A stretch of DNA of 64,000 bases from an uncultured delta proteobacterium (GCA_963728565.1 CAVSLC010000005.1:96001-160000), one strand, 5' to 3'. Positions 9,101 to 20,944 are shown, counted from the first letter of the stretch. The notes: a model not told the origin generated them from the letters alone. A program made the numbers and translations.

Positions 9101-12100
9101 CCCCGAGCAGTTGCCACGGATCCGAACGGCAATTTTGTTGTGGTCTGGTCGAGCAAAAATCAAGACGGTGACGGCTGGGGGATTTACGCGCAAAGATACA
9201 ACGCCGCCGGCGCGGCACAGGGTGGCGAATTCCGCATCAATACCACTGTCGTGAAAGATCAGCTGCATGCGTCGGTGGCCATGGACGATGCCGGCAACTT
9301 CGTCGTTGTTTGGGCGAGCAAGGACCAAGACGGCGACAATTGGGGAGTCTACGCCCAACGCTACGATTCGAGCGGTGTTGCACAGGGCGGCGAGTTTCAA
9401 GTCAACACAAACATCACCAAGGAGCAACTCGGGCCCAGCATCGCCATGTCCGCCGACGGCGACTTTGTGATCGTATGGTCGAGCAATGATCAGGACGGAG
9501 ACGACTGGGGCGTTTACGCCAAGCGCTATTATGCGGCCGGAATGGTGCAAGGCGGTGAGTTCCGCGTCAATACCACCACCACCAAAGATCAGACCGCCTC
9601 CGCGGTGGCCATGGATGCCGAAGGCAATTTCTCGTCACTTGGTCCAGCAAAGACCAGGACGGAGATAACTGGGGAGTTTACGCTAAGCGCTACAATGCCG
9701 CCGGACTGGCGCAGGGCGGTGAGTTCCGCGTCAACACGTATACCGGCAAAGAGCAAGAGTTTCCCTCGGTCGCAATGGACGCCGCCGGCAATTTCGTCGT
9801 CACCTGGTCGAGCAAAGATCAGGACGGCAACAACTGGGGCATTTATGCCAAGCGCTATGACGCCGGCGGCGTCGCCCAGGGAGCCGAGTTCCTGGTCAAT
9901 CAGACGACAGCAATGAGCAGCTGCACTCGTCGGTCTCGATGGACGCCGACGGCGATTTTGTCATCACCTGGTCGAGCAAGGATCAGGACGGCAATGGTTG
10001 GGGAGTCTACGCACGCCAATACACGGCAGACGGCACGGCCAAATCAGGTGAGGTGCTGATCAATACGACGACTGCGGGGGACCAGCATCTGTCTTCTGTC
10101 GCGATGGATGCCAGCGGCGACTTCGTGGTTGTCTGGACAGGCGCCGGGCCGGGCGACTCGCTGGGCGTGTTCGGACAGCGCTTCACTATCTCCAGCCCTT
10201 TGACGTTCGCCGCCGGCGATGGAACCCGCGACGCAACGATGACTTTTCGTGGAACGGCGGCGGAGGTGAATGCGGCGCTCGATGGCTTGGTCTTTACGCC
10301 GACTGCCGGTTTCAACGGCCTTGCTTCCATTACGGTCAGCACAAGCGACTTGGGGAACAGCGGCACCGGCGGTCCTCAGTCAAGCAGCGCCACCGTCAAC
10401 ATCGCTGTCGGAAATGGAAATCTCCCTCCTACCCTGAACCTCACAGGCGGTGCGGTCACTTATACCGAGAACGACCCGGCAACCGTGATCGATCCAGCTG
10501 CGACCGTGGGTGATCCCGACTCGGCAGACTTCGACGGTGGGCAGCTGAGTGTATTCCTGAGCGCGGGCGGCACGGACAACGACCGCCTCGGTATACGAAA
10601 CGAGGGCACGGGCGTGGGACAGATCGGCGTCTCAGGCAATATCGTCACCTATAACTTCGGCGCAGGCGCGGTGGCAATCGGCACGTTCGACGGCGGCATG
10701 GACGGTGTCACGCCTCTGGTGGTGACGTTCACCGCGAGTGCGACACCGGCAGCTGTCCAGGCGCTTGCGCGCAACATCACGTACCAGAACCTGTCCGACG
10801 ATCCGTCTACTTTGAATCGCATCGTGGAATTCACCCTGACGGACGGCGACGGCGGCACGAGCAGCGCGGCGAGTCGAAACATCAATGTAACCGCGATCAA
10901 TGACGCGCCTATGGCAACGAACCTCAGTGCCGGGGAGACTTACACAGAGGACACGGCGCTCGATCTGACCGATATCGTGGTGAGCGACGTGGACAGCGCC
11001 AATGTGACGGTGACTTTGACGCTGTCGGACTCGGCCGCCGGCAGTCTCAATACCGCCACCTCGGGAGCCGTGACCTCGACCTACAATGCCGCAACCGGCC
11101 TCTGGACAGCGAGCGGCGCGGTGGCGGACGTGAACACGCTGCTGGCAGGGCTGACGTTTAGTCCGGCGCGGACTACAACAGCGACTTCACCATTGCCACC
11201 AGCGTCGATGACGGCGTGGCGCCGGCCGTCACCGGAGTCAAAGCCATGACTGCCGTCGCCGTCAACGACGCGCCTATGGCAACGAACCTCAGTGCCGGGG
11301 AGACTTACACAGAGGACACGGCGCTCGAATCTGACCGACATTGTGGTGAGCGACGTGGACAGCGCCAATGTGACGGTGACTTTGACGCTGTCGGACTCGT
11401 CCGCCGGGAGTCTCAATACCGCCACCTCGGGAGCCGTGACCTCGACCTATAATGCCGCAACCGGCCTCTGGACAGCGAGCGGCGCGGTGGCAGATGTGAA
11501 CACGCTGCTGGCAGGGCTGACGTTTAGTCCGGCAGCGGATTACAACAGCGACTTCACGATTGCCACCAGCGTCGATGACGGCGTGGCGCCGGCCGTCACC
11601 GGAGTTAAAACCATGACCGCCATCGCCGTCAACGATGCACCGGTTCTGGTCAATAATACGCTGACCATCAACGAGGGCGGTAGCGTGACGCTTTCCGGCA
11701 CTGAGATGTCGGCGACGGATGTGGACAATGCGAGTGGGACTCTGACGTTTTCGGTATCCAACGTCACCGGCGGTCAATTTGAGCTTGTTGCCAGCCCGGG
11801 AGCAGCAATTACCACCTTCACGCAGGCCCAAGTAACGGCTGGCGCAGTTCGTTTCATCCACGACGGCGGAGAGGCTGCGCCGAGCTACAATCTGACCGTG
11901 TCTGACGGCTCTCTCACCGATGGTCCCGCCGCTGCCAGCATCACTTTCGCCAATATCAACGACGCGCCTATGGCAACGAACCTCAGTGCCGGGGAGACTT
12001 ACACAGAGGACACGGCGCTCGATCTGACCGATATCGTGGTGAGCGACGTGGACAGCGCCAATGTGACGGTGACTTTGACGCTGTCGGATCCAGCCGCCGG

Positions 12101-14113
12101 CAGTCTCAATACCGCCACCTCGGGAGCCGTGACCTCGACCTACAATGCCGCAACCGGCCTCTGGACAGCGAGCGGCGCGGTGGCGGATGTGAACACGCTG
12201 CTGGCAGGGCTGACGTTTACGTCCGGCAGCGGACTACAACAGCGACTTCACGATTGCCACCAGCGTCGATGACGGCGTGGCGCCGGCCGTCACCGGAGTC
12301 AAAGCCATGACTGCCGTCGCCGTCAACGACGCACCTATGGCAACGAACCTCAGTGCCGGGGAGACTTACACAGAGGATACAGCGCTGGATCTGACCGACA
12401 TTGTGGTGAGCGATGTGGACAGCGCCAATGTGACGGTGACTTTGACGCTGTCGGACTCGTCCGCCGGGCAGTCTCAATACCGCCACCTCGGGGGCCGTGA
12501 CCTCGACCTACAATGCCGCAACCGGCCTCTGGACAGCGAGCGGCGCGGTGGCAGATGTGAACACGCTGCTGGCAGGGCTGACGTTTAGTCCGGCAGCGGA
12601 TTACAACAGCGACTTCACCATTGCCACCAGCGTCGATGACGGCGTGGCGCCGGCCGTCACCGGAGTTAAAACCATGACCGCCATCGCCGTCAACGATGCA
12701 CCGGTTCTGGTCAATAATACGCTGACCATCAACGAGGGCGGTAGCGTGACGCTTTCCGGCACTGAGATGTCGGCGACGGATGTGGACAATGCGAGTGGGA
12801 CTCTGACGTTTTCGGTATCCAACGTCACCGGCGGTCAATTTGAGCTTGTTGCCAGCCCGGGAGCAGCAATTACCACCTTCACGCAGGCCCAAGTAACGGC
12901 TGGCGCAGTTCGTTTCATCCACGACGGCGGAGAGGCTGCGCCGAGCTACAATCTGACCGTGTCTGACGGCTCTCTCACCGATGGTCCCGCCGCTGCCAGC
13001 ATCACTTTCGCCAATATCAACGACGCACCTATTCTAATCAACAATCACTTGGTCATCCGGCAAGGCTCGTCGGCCGTGCTCAGCAGCGCAAATCTTTCCG
13101 CTTCGGATGTAGATAACCCTCCTGCCGGTTTGACCTTCGACGTGTCCAATATAAACGGCGGCCGTTTCGAACGAACTTCAGGCCCGGGTGTTGCCATTAC
13201 GAGCTTTAGCCAGGCAGAGGTAACCGGCGGCGGCATTCGCTTCGTACATACCGGCGGTAACACAGCGCCGAGCTACGATGTGACTGTGTCTGATGGCAGT
13301 CTTTCCGTCGGCCCGCTTCCAGCGGCAGTGGCTTTTGAGCCTCTGGATGACAGCGGCGAGGATCTCACGCCTACACAGACCACGCCGCTGGCACCGATAG
13401 CTCCGACGCTGCCCATACCGGAGATAACTCCACCGCTCGTGTTGCCTCCGAATTCCACCGGTGGCCCTGTCGGAAAGACTGACGTTGACACCAATCCTTC
13501 GAACGCGTCGCTCGGGGTGGATACGTTGGCTGAGGTGCAGCCCTATCAGAGTCCCGATAGCACGCAAGAAGCGAGTACGACAAGCAGGCCGCTGCCGGCC
13601 CGGACCACCGAAAAGGGGGCTGAGATTCGGGACGGCCTCTCTCTGAAAACAGATTCGTCTGTGACAGCGACCGATGTGACTGTCGATGAAACTGAGACAG
13701 ACACGGTTCAGCGCGGCGAACTGGGTTCAATCGTCGATGGGCAAAGTTTTGTGCAAGAGTTGAATAGGCTGCGAGAGGAACTTGCCGAGGAAATCGATTC
13801 GGAGAGACTTGTTGTCGGCTCCTCGGTTACCGTCGCGACGGGCTTCTCGATCGGTTATGTGCTCTGGCTGCTGCGCGGCGAAGTGTTGCTGACCAGCCTG
13901 TTGGCGTCCTTGCCCGCCTGGCGCCTCATCGATCCGCTGCCGGTGCTCTCGTTTGTAAGCAAGCGTTCCGAGGACGATGACGACGATGACTCCATTGAAG
14001 CCGCGGTCCAGAAAGGTGCAGCTATTGCTCCGGCCGAAGCCGACTCTGCGCGCGTGCCACAGCAAGGAACCCGATCGATCCGCTGGCGCATGGTGGCGGA
14101 GCCGGCTGAATAG
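6114..14113 (+). CDS. Giant repeat adhesin (~2660 aa if joined): LEPRxLL-type motif, DUF4347-like domain, Ig/cadherin-like repeats, 7-repeat propeller-like insert, C-terminal hydrophobic tail; split by about 7 single-base indels
   Basis: ORFs 6114-9254, 9140-9916, 9775-10059, 9939-11249, 11216-11452, 11292-12272, 12277-12588 and 12497-14113 continue the same repeats across frames. Motifs: [11 protein letters not shown]; EVVFLDSR...[12 protein letters not shown]...[10 protein letters not shown]; NDAP repeats; GYVLWLLRG...[13 protein letters not shown]. Confidence 0.85.
6990..8813 (+). repeat. Five diverged ~122-aa (366 bp) Ig/cadherin-like coding repeats
   Basis: Recurring NL(S/N)xxETYTED...[32 protein letters not shown]...VDDG units; starts at ~7716, 8082 and 8448 are 366 bp apart. 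Confidence 0.9.
9007..10185 (+). repeat. Seven ~55-aa repeats (GGEFRVNT...SVAMDAxGNFVVxWSSxDQDGxxWGVYAxRY), probable beta-propeller
   Basis: 165-bp period (9221 to 9386 to 9551); seven copies counted across frames. Confidence 0.8.
10899..13018 (+). repeat. Near-identical nucleotide tandem duplication, (A-A-B)x2, unit ~1.06 kb
   Basis: A units start at ~10899, 11263, 11958 and 12325. B units at 11631 and 12692 are essentially identical in DNA (offset 1061). Confidence 0.9.
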
Positions 14114-14121
14114 AAAGCGGA

Positions 14122-16668
14122 GTGCAGTTCGTGAAACGTCTGAGCGCAAAATGCCACATTGCTTTGGGGCTGACGTTTTTGCTGGTCAGCCTAGTGCTCG
14201 CTTGTTTCTATCTGGGGCTCATACCCGATCGCCTCGGCGCGATCCGCGCCGGTCGAGCGGCTCTCGCTGAGTCGATTGCTGCCAATAGCTCGGTGTTCAT
14301 CAGCCAATCGGATCTACGGCGGTTAGAGATGACGCTTCGATTTGTCGTCGCACGCAATCCCGAGATTCTCTCGGCTGCGATGCGGCGCGCCGACGGCGAA
14401 ATCGTTGTGAATATCGGCGACCACGGTCGCCACTGGCGTAATTTGCACGATGAACATTCGACTGACTCGCAGCTGCGAGTGCCGATAATGGCCAGTAAGC
14501 AGAAGTGGGGAAGCCTGGAACTTCGTTTGCAGCCTCTGACCCCGACCGCTTGGTACGGCTTCGTTTTCGACCCGAGATTCAAGTTGCCCCTATTTCTCGC
14601 GCTTTGCGCTTTTCCCCTATTTTACTTTTACCTGGGCAAAATGCTCCGCGAACTCAACCCGTCGCAGGCAATTCCAGCCCGGGTGCGCTCCGCGCTCGAT
14701 ACGATGGTGGAAGGTCTCCTGGTGATCGACGCCAACGGCCGTATCGTATTGGCGAACCAGGCTTTCGCTTCCATAGTCGGCAAGATACCCGATGAACTCA
14801 TCGGCCTGAGCGCGTCCGAGTTCTCATGGTCAAACAGCGACGGCACGGCGCTCGAGCAGGATTCAGCACCGTGGCTCAAAGCGCTTCGTGATCAGTGCCT
14901 GCAAAAGAATTTGATGGTCGCGCTCAGCGACTATCAGCAGAAGCGCCGCGCGTTCATCGTGAACTGCTCGCCGATCTTTGTCGGCAAAGGGCGGACCGGC
15001 GGTGTCTTAATCAGCTTGGACGATGTTACGGAACTGGAAGAGAAAGAGATCGAACTCCGCCAGTCCAAGGAAGCCGCCGAGATTGCCAACCGCGCGAAAA
15101 GCGAATTCCTCGCGAATATGAGCCATGAGATCAGGACGCCGATGAATGCCATTCTCGGCTTTACCGAGGTGCTCAGGCGCGGCTACGGCCAAAACGAGCA
15201 AACCTGGCAGAAGCACCTGCACACGATTCACTCCAGCGGCAAACATTTGCTCGAGTTGATCAATGACATCCTGGATCTGTCCAAAATTGAAGCAGGCGGC
15301 TTGCGGGTCGAGAAGATCCCGTGCAAACCGCACGAGGTCGTCCGAGACGTGGTTCAGGTCTTGTCGGTCAAAGCGCGGGAAAAATCCGTTTCGTTGGATA
15401 TCGAGTTCGCCAGTGCCGTACCGGAAACAATTCTGAGCGATCCTTCGCGCCTGCGTCAGATTCTCACGAATCTGGCCGGCAACTCCATCAAGTTTACCGA
15501 AGAGGGTGGGGTCAAGATTGTGCTTGGTCTGTCGCGGAGCGATAGTGACGCGCAACTGACTCTGGCGGTGATCGACACTGGAATCGGCATAGCCGAAGAC
15601 AAGCAGCAAGCGATCTTCGATCCTTTCGTCCAGGCGGACACGTCGGTTACCCGGAAATTCGGCGGCACCGGACTCGGACTCGCGATCAGTCGCCGGTTCG
15701 CGCAGGCTCTCGGCGGTGACATAACGCTGCGCAGCGAACCCGGCAAGGGGAGCGTCTTTACTGTCAGGATCGACACAGGACCGCTTGATGGCGTTCGAAT
15801 GCTCCAGCCCGCCGAAGCGTTGGCGGCGAGCGAACAGATTTCTACCGAGACTCGCCCTCGCTGGGATTTTCCTCCCGCCCGAGTGCTCGTGGTCGACGAT
15901 GGCGATGAAAACCGGGAGCTGGTCACGGTGGTTCTGCAGGAGATCGGGCTCAAAGTCGAGGGCGCTGAAAACGGCCAAGTGGCGGTTGCAAAGGCCCTCC
16001 AGGAGGAATTTGCGGTCATCTTTATGGACGTGCAGATGCCGGTGATGGATGGTTTGACGGCCACCCGTCAACTGCGCCTACGTGGGCTCAAGACCCCAAT
16101 TATCGCGTTGACCGCGCACGCGATGAAGGGCTTCGAAGAAGAGATTCTGGCCGTGGGATTTTCCGGCTATCTCACGAAGCCGATCGATATAGATGCCTTG
16201 ATCCACAAACTGGCCGAGTTGCTGCGAGCGCGCAGCATCGAAGCCACGCCTCCCGAGACTCAAGTAGCCGCAGGTCCAATTTCTGCGGCAATCGGCTCGG
16301 CCCGGCAAGCGGACGAGCCGCCGCTGGTCTCGCGTCTGGCAGCAAATAATCCGCGTTTCGTTCCAATCATCGAAAAATTTGCGCGACGTCTTACCGATCA
16401 GCTCGATGCCATGGCGAAGGCTTGGGAGGAAAAAAACTATGACGAGCTGGCGAGCCTCGGGCACTGGCTCAAAGGAGCCGGCGGCACCGTCGGATTCGAT
16501 GCTTTCACCGAGCCTGCCTACGTTCTTGAGCAATCGGCGAAGGGGCGCAAAGAGGAAGAGACCGAGGCGGCACTCGCGGAACTTCGCCGACTCGCCGGTC
16601 GCGTCAGGGTTGGCAGCGAAGCCCTGTCGCCCTCGATTGCTGTCGTTGCCGGCTCGGCCAACGGCTAA
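14122..16668 (+). CDS. Membrane hybrid sensor kinase (2 TM, PAS, HisKA, HATPase, REC, Hpt)
   Basis: [14 protein letters not shown]; LAGNSIKFT; DTGIGI; FGGTGLGL; VIFMDVQMP; Hpt motif [13 protein letters not shown]. Starts 8 nt after the adhesin stop. Confidence 0.95.
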   Translation: MQFVKRLSAKCHIALGLTFLLVSLVLACFYLGLIPDRLGAIRAGRAALAESIAANSSVFISQSDLRRLEMTLRFVVARNPEILSAAMRRADGEIVVNIGDHGRHWRNLHDEHSTDSQLRVPIMASKQKWGSLELRLQPLTPTAWYGFVFDPRFKLPLFLALCAFPLFYFYLGKMLRELNPSQAIPARVRSALDTMVEGLLVIDANGRIVLANQAFASIVGKIPDELIGLSASEFSWSNSDGTALEQDSAPWLKALRDQCLQKNLMVALSDYQQKRRAFIVNCSPIFVGKGRTGGVLISLDDVTELEEKEIELRQSKEAAEIANRAKSEFLANMSHEIRTPMNAILGFTEVLRRGYGQNEQTWQKHLHTIHSSGKHLLELINDILDLSKIEAGGLRVEKIPCKPHEVVRDVVQVLSVKAREKSVSLDIEFASAVPETILSDPSRLRQILTNLAGNSIKFTEEGGVKIVLGLSRSDSDAQLTLAVIDTGIGIAEDKQQAIFDPFVQADTSVTRKFGGTGLGLAISRRFAQALGGDITLRSEPGKGSVFTVRIDTGPLDGVRMLQPAEALAASEQISTETRPRWDFPPARVLVVDDGDENRELVTVVLQEIGLKVEGAENGQVAVAKALQEEFAVIFMDVQMPVMDGLTATRQLRLRGLKTPIIALTAHAMKGFEEEILAVGFSGYLTKPIDIDALIHKLAELLRARSIEATPPETQVAAGPISAAIGSARQADEPPLVSRLAANNPRFVPIIEKFARRLTDQLDAMAKAWEEKNYDELASLGHWLKGAGGTVGFDAFTEPAYVLEQSAKGRKEEETEAALAELRRLAGRVRVGSEALSPSIAVVAGSANG

Positions 16669-16688
16669 CAACTGCAAGGAGCAGCTTT

Positions 16689-18542
16689 ATGAATGCCCAA
16701 CAAATTCAAATTGATTTTGCCGTAGGCGAACAGGAGGCATTGACCCGTACCGACACACTGGGGAACGCGGTGTCAAATAGCTCAGACGTCGACTACGGCG
16801 ATCTTTATGAGCCATTGCGCGACGCCACCGTGATGATGGTCGATGATGAGCCGACGACAATCGACGTCTTGCAGGCATTTCTTGAGAACGAGGGATACAC
16901 GCGATTCGTTACGATCAGCGACTCTAGTCGTGCGATGGATCTCGTTGCGAGCGAAAACCCCGACGTCCTGCTCCTCGATTTGCACATGCCGCAAGTGACC
17001 GGATTCGACATTCTGACGCTGCTCCGCCGCGATGCCCGCTTTCGGCACATGCCGGTGATTGTTCTGACGTCCGCCTCCGACCCCGCCACCAAGTTGAAGG
17101 CACTGAAGTTAGGCGCCAGTGATTTTCTGGCCAAGCCTGTGGATCCAAGTGAGTTGGCGCTTCGGTTGCGCAACACCCTTGCCGCTAAGGCCTATCAAGA
17201 TCGGCTTACATTCTATGATTCACTTACCGGTTTGCCTAATCGGCGCCTGTTCTGGGATCGACTCCTCTGGTCGCTGCGATGCGCCATTCGTGAAGGAACG
17301 ATGGGTGCGGTGCTGCACATCGACCTGGATCATTTCAAAAAGATCAATGACAGCTTGGGGCATGAGATCGGCGATGGCTTACTTGTAGAAGTTGCCCGAC
17401 GGCTGCAGTCGTGCATACCGGAGTTAAACGTCACTAGTGATAAGGGCGCCGCAGATTTGCAGCCGTTCCTTTCCCGTGTTGGCGGTGACGAATTCAACCT
17501 GTTGCTGCCCGAGATGAGGCGGGTGGAGGAAGTTGTCCGCACTGCCGGCGCGCTCCTCGCAGCCATGAAAGAACCTTTTTTCATCGATCAGCACGAAGTG
17601 TTCATCACTGGGACGATCGGGGTAGCCGTTTTCCCGAATGATGGAGAGTCCGGCGACGCACTCCTCCAGCACGCAGGCGTGGCGCTGAACCAGGCGAAGC
17701 AGCGGGGACGAAACACCTATGAGTTCTATTCGCCGAAAATGAACGCGCGGGCGCTCGAGCGCCTGAAACTTGAAAATGACCTGCGCCGTGCGTTGGACCG
17801 TGACGAATTGCTGCCGTTTTATCAACCGAAGGTGAATTTGCAAACCGGAAGAGTCGTCGGAGCGGAAGTGCTGCTGCGCTGGAACCACCCCTTCCGAGGA
17901 TTCATATCTCCTGCGGAATTCATCCCGTTAGCGGAGGAGAACGGCATGATTATCGACTTCGGCGCCTGGATACTCAATGCCGCGTGTATGCAAAACAAGG
18001 CATGGCAAACTGCGGGTTTGGAAAATATTCGCGTCGCAGTTAACGTCTCTCCACAGCAATTCCGCGACAGTAGCTTCTTGGCAAGACTGCGCGCGACGCT
18101 GGAGTCAAGCAAGCTTGCTCCGGAATTTCTCACTCTTGAACTCACCGAAAATACTATAATGGGAAATGCCCAACGCAACTTGGACCTTCTGAATGAGATT
18201 CGCGCGATGGGCGTCAAGCTCTCGGTCGATGACTTCGGAACGGGATACTCTTCGCTCAGTTACCTGAAAAGGCTGCCTCTTGATGAGCTCAAAATCGACC
18301 GTTCATTTATCATCGATATCCGGTCAGACAAAGATGATGCGCCGATTGTCACAGCGATCATCGCCATGGCACACAGCTTGAATTTACGTGTCGTGATGGA
18401 GGGAATCGAAACTGAACATCAGCTGGTGTTCTCGCGCGATCGCGGCTGTGATGAATATCAAGGATTTTTTTTCAGTAAGCCTGTACCTAGCCAAGAATTT
18501 GAGACTCTTCTTGAGAGATCGCTGACCCATGCCTCACAATAG
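16689..18542 (+). CDS. REC-GGDEF-EAL diguanylate cyclase/phosphodiesterase
   Basis: Receiver (LLLDLHMP); DSLTGLPNR; GGDEF intact; EVLLRW; DDFGTGYSSLSYL; EGIET. No RxxD I-site. Confidence 0.95.
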   Translation: MNAQQIQIDFAVGEQEALTRTDTLGNAVSNSSDVDYGDLYEPLRDATVMMVDDEPTTIDVLQAFLENEGYTRFVTISDSSRAMDLVASENPDVLLLDLHMPQVTGFDILTLLRRDARFRHMPVIVLTSASDPATKLKALKLGASDFLAKPVDPSELALRLRNTLAAKAYQDRLTFYDSLTGLPNRRLFWDRLLWSLRCAIREGTMGAVLHIDLDHFKKINDSLGHEIGDGLLVEVARRLQSCIPELNVTSDKGAADLQPFLSRVGGDEFNLLLPEMRRVEEVVRTAGALLAAMKEPFFIDQHEVFITGTIGVAVFPNDGESGDALLQHAGVALNQAKQRGRNTYEFYSPKMNARALERLKLENDLRRALDRDELLPFYQPKVNLQTGRVVGAEVLLRWNHPFRGFISPAEFIPLAEENGMIIDFGAWILNAACMQNKAWQTAGLENIRVAVNVSPQQFRDSSFLARLRATLESSKLAPEFLTLELTENTIMGNAQRNLDLLNEIRAMGVKLSVDDFGTGYSSLSYLKRLPLDELKIDRSFIIDIRSDKDDAPIVTAIIAMAHSLNLRVVMEGIETEHQLVFSRDRGCDEYQGFFFSKPVPSQEFETLLERSLTHASQ

Positions 18543-19237
18543 TCAAGCTAATTGATTTTCTGCTCTACGGAGACTTCGTAGCGGACAGCCGCATTTGCAA
18601 TAACCTCCTACATCTTCTGTCGTCAAGCATGCTAGATCCAACGACCGAACCCGTATTCCGCAGTCGAGCCAAAAATGCCGGAAGCGAGGTGGAATCCTGG
18701 AGCAGCGAAGGCGTCCGGCTGTGAAGTTTCAAAGCTATTTTGCGGCTCCCGCCCGACGTTGCTATGAGGCTTCCACATTCCCTCGAAGCACCGCTGAGTG
18801 ATCGCTGCTCAGAGGCACAAACCCATCGACTTCGCTACGGAAGGGTTCTGCCTCGCGCTTCCTGTCCAATCGCAACTGCGTTATCCGGGCTGAACAGAAT
18901 AATTCACCGATACTGCTGCCGGGAGTTAGGGTTAAAGATGTGCATTGGTATCGTGGGGAAATGGATTATTGGAGTGGTCGAAACTACCTTTTAGGTTGAG
19001 TCAAAGCCCCCGAGCTAATTCCTGCCCCAACTAAGTGGAATTTGGTGCGCAAGGGATCGTTGAGCATCTCTCTAAATAGGATCAGATGAAAGTCCGAAGA
19101 GCAACTATAGCGAAATAACGATATTAGCTTCGGGGCAACAAGCGCTTTTCTTGCCTGCAGTATGTAAGTAGTTCAGGTAAATATAGCCACGCCGTTCCCC
19201 CCGCCAATCGAGATATATACTGACTGAAGGTCAGGGC

Positions 19238-19281
19238 AAAAGCAGCGCAGCCTCTGCTCCTAGGAGCAGAGGCTGCGCTGC
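19238..19281 (-). terminator. Probable intrinsic terminator of the sigma-factor gene (40-bp perfect palindrome plus TTTT)
   Basis: gcagcgcagcctctgctcc-ta-ggagcagaggctgcgctgc at 19242-19281, followed on the minus strand by TTTT, 35 nt after the stop at 19317. Confidence 0.7.
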
Positions 19282-19316
19282 ATGTCACGCTAGCTCTGAT
19301 ACAGATGCTGCGAGCG

Positions 19317-20849
19317 TTACGCCGCATCGCTGGTCGGCGGTATTGGTTTCCGCCGATTAGGATTGCGCAGAATCTGAAGTGATTTCTGCTCGATCTGTCG
19401 GATTCGCTCTCGGGTAACGGCAAAGATCTCACCGAGTTCCTCTAATGTATAGTCTCTTTCTTCCTCGATACCGAAGCGCATTCTCAACACGGTTTCCTGC
19501 CGAGGTGTCAGAACTGCCAGAGCTTTTCTGACATCGGTTCTCAGGACTCCTTCCATTGCTTCTTTATCAGGTTGAGGATTGATACGGTCCTCGACGAAAT
19601 CGGCGAGCTGATCACCGTCTTCCCAAACCGGTGTCTGTAGTGAGACAGGTTCTCCCTGTGTTTGCATGACTCTAAGCATTTCTGGAACAGACATGTCCAT
19701 CTCTTTTGCCAGTTCTTCCGGCTTAGGCTCCCGGCCCAGGGTCCGTTGTAAATGATGAGCCGTCTGAATAACTTTGTTCCTTAGTTCAACTCGGTGGACC
19801 GGAATGCGAATCATCCGTCCGGTATCGATCAAACCGCGTGTGATCCCTTGTCGGATCCACCAACTTGCATAAGTAGAGAACCGGTACCCTAAGCGGTAAT
19901 CAAATTTCTCAACCGCTCTCATTAGCCCGAGGTTACCCTCCTGAATCAAATCCAATAGACTCAAGCCTCGATTCGTGTACTTCTTCGCGATGCTGACAAC
20001 CAATCGGAGATTAGCTTCGGTGAATTCAGTTTTAGCTACATTCACCAAGCTCTCGGTTTCAGTAATTCGGGTAGCAAGGGCGTGTATTTCGCCCGCTCTG
20101 AAGCCCGACATGGGCTTCAATCTGCTCAATTTGAGTTACAAGCCCGGCGCGTCTGGACTTGGTAGCCGCATGTGCGCGTTCCTCGAGTTCAGTGATGCTC
20201 TTGGACGATTGTTTTAGTTTCTGCACCATGGATTCGAGACGGGAAGAGGAAAGTCCAACCTCGCGCAGCAGGCCGACGATTCTGTTGACCAGATTTGCGT
20301 GGGTTTTATTGAGAGCATTCCGGCGCTGTTCCGATACGCGTTTTTGATTCAGCTGCCGGCGAACCTTATCTTGCTCGTGCCTGAGACGCTTGAGTTTGCT
20401 TATGGCTCTCAGAAAAGGCTTGGGATCGAAGCTTATCCGGTTCTCGTCTTCCTCGGCGTCCGATTTTTCTAAAACTTCTCGGAGATCGAGTTCGCCACTG
20501 GCCACGGCATCGCCAAGGCTGATGGTGTAGTGCAGGCACATCGGAGCATTAAACAGGGCTTCAATGATCGCATTTTTGCCCAAATCCATTTTCCTGGCGA
20601 GCTCGACTTCTCGTTCTCGGCTAAGTAGCGGAATGGATCCAATTTCATGTAAGTAGGTTGTAATTGGATCGACTGTCAGTCCTTTTTCTTCAGGCTGCGC
20701 TTCTGCTTCCCCGCCCTGTTCCTCCTCTGTCGCACATCGGAACCGAGCTCCAACTCGGGTTCATCCGCGTCTAGCTCGTCTGATTCATCTTTTTCGATTT
20801 CCAACAATTCATCGTTGGGTCTATTGGTGGGTTCGATATCTGTCCGCAT
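19317..20849 (-). CDS. RpoD/sigma70-family sigma factor paralog (frameshifted near ~20735 and ~20120)
   Basis: ATG 20849 follows a GAGGAG RBS. Region 1.2 [25 protein letters not shown]; region 2 [13 protein letters not shown]...[35 protein letters not shown]; region 4 [20 protein letters not shown]. Confidence 0.88.
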
Positions 20850-20944
20850 GGTTTCTCCTCAAATCTTTAGACGATAAGGGCCGTCACTTCTCAGCCCGGC
20901 GGTATCATTTCGCTGATGCGCGTCTGCTTTAACTTAAAAATTCA

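Noticed and set aside
6990-13018. Regular repeats as a CRISPR array or non-coding repeat element
   Set aside because: Units are 165-366 bp, multiples of three, and encode protein domains; there are no unique spacers or cas genes.
6114-14113. Adhesin as several separate genes, a programmed-frameshift or phase-variable gene, or an RTX protein
   Set aside because: Breaks are single-base differences between otherwise identical repeat copies, with no slippery or SSR tracts, and similar breaks hit essential genes. No GGxGxD nonapeptide runs were seen.
18543-19230. Hidden gene or ncRNA in the 0.7-kb intergenic region
   Set aside because: Only short motif-less ORFs and no recognisable RNA family; it cannot be supported without a search.
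19225-19290. c-di-GMP-I riboswitch (GGGCAAA seed near a GGDEF-EAL gene)
   Set aside because: The GNRA/receptor and second-stem features are missing, and the sequence is explained by the terminator palindrome.
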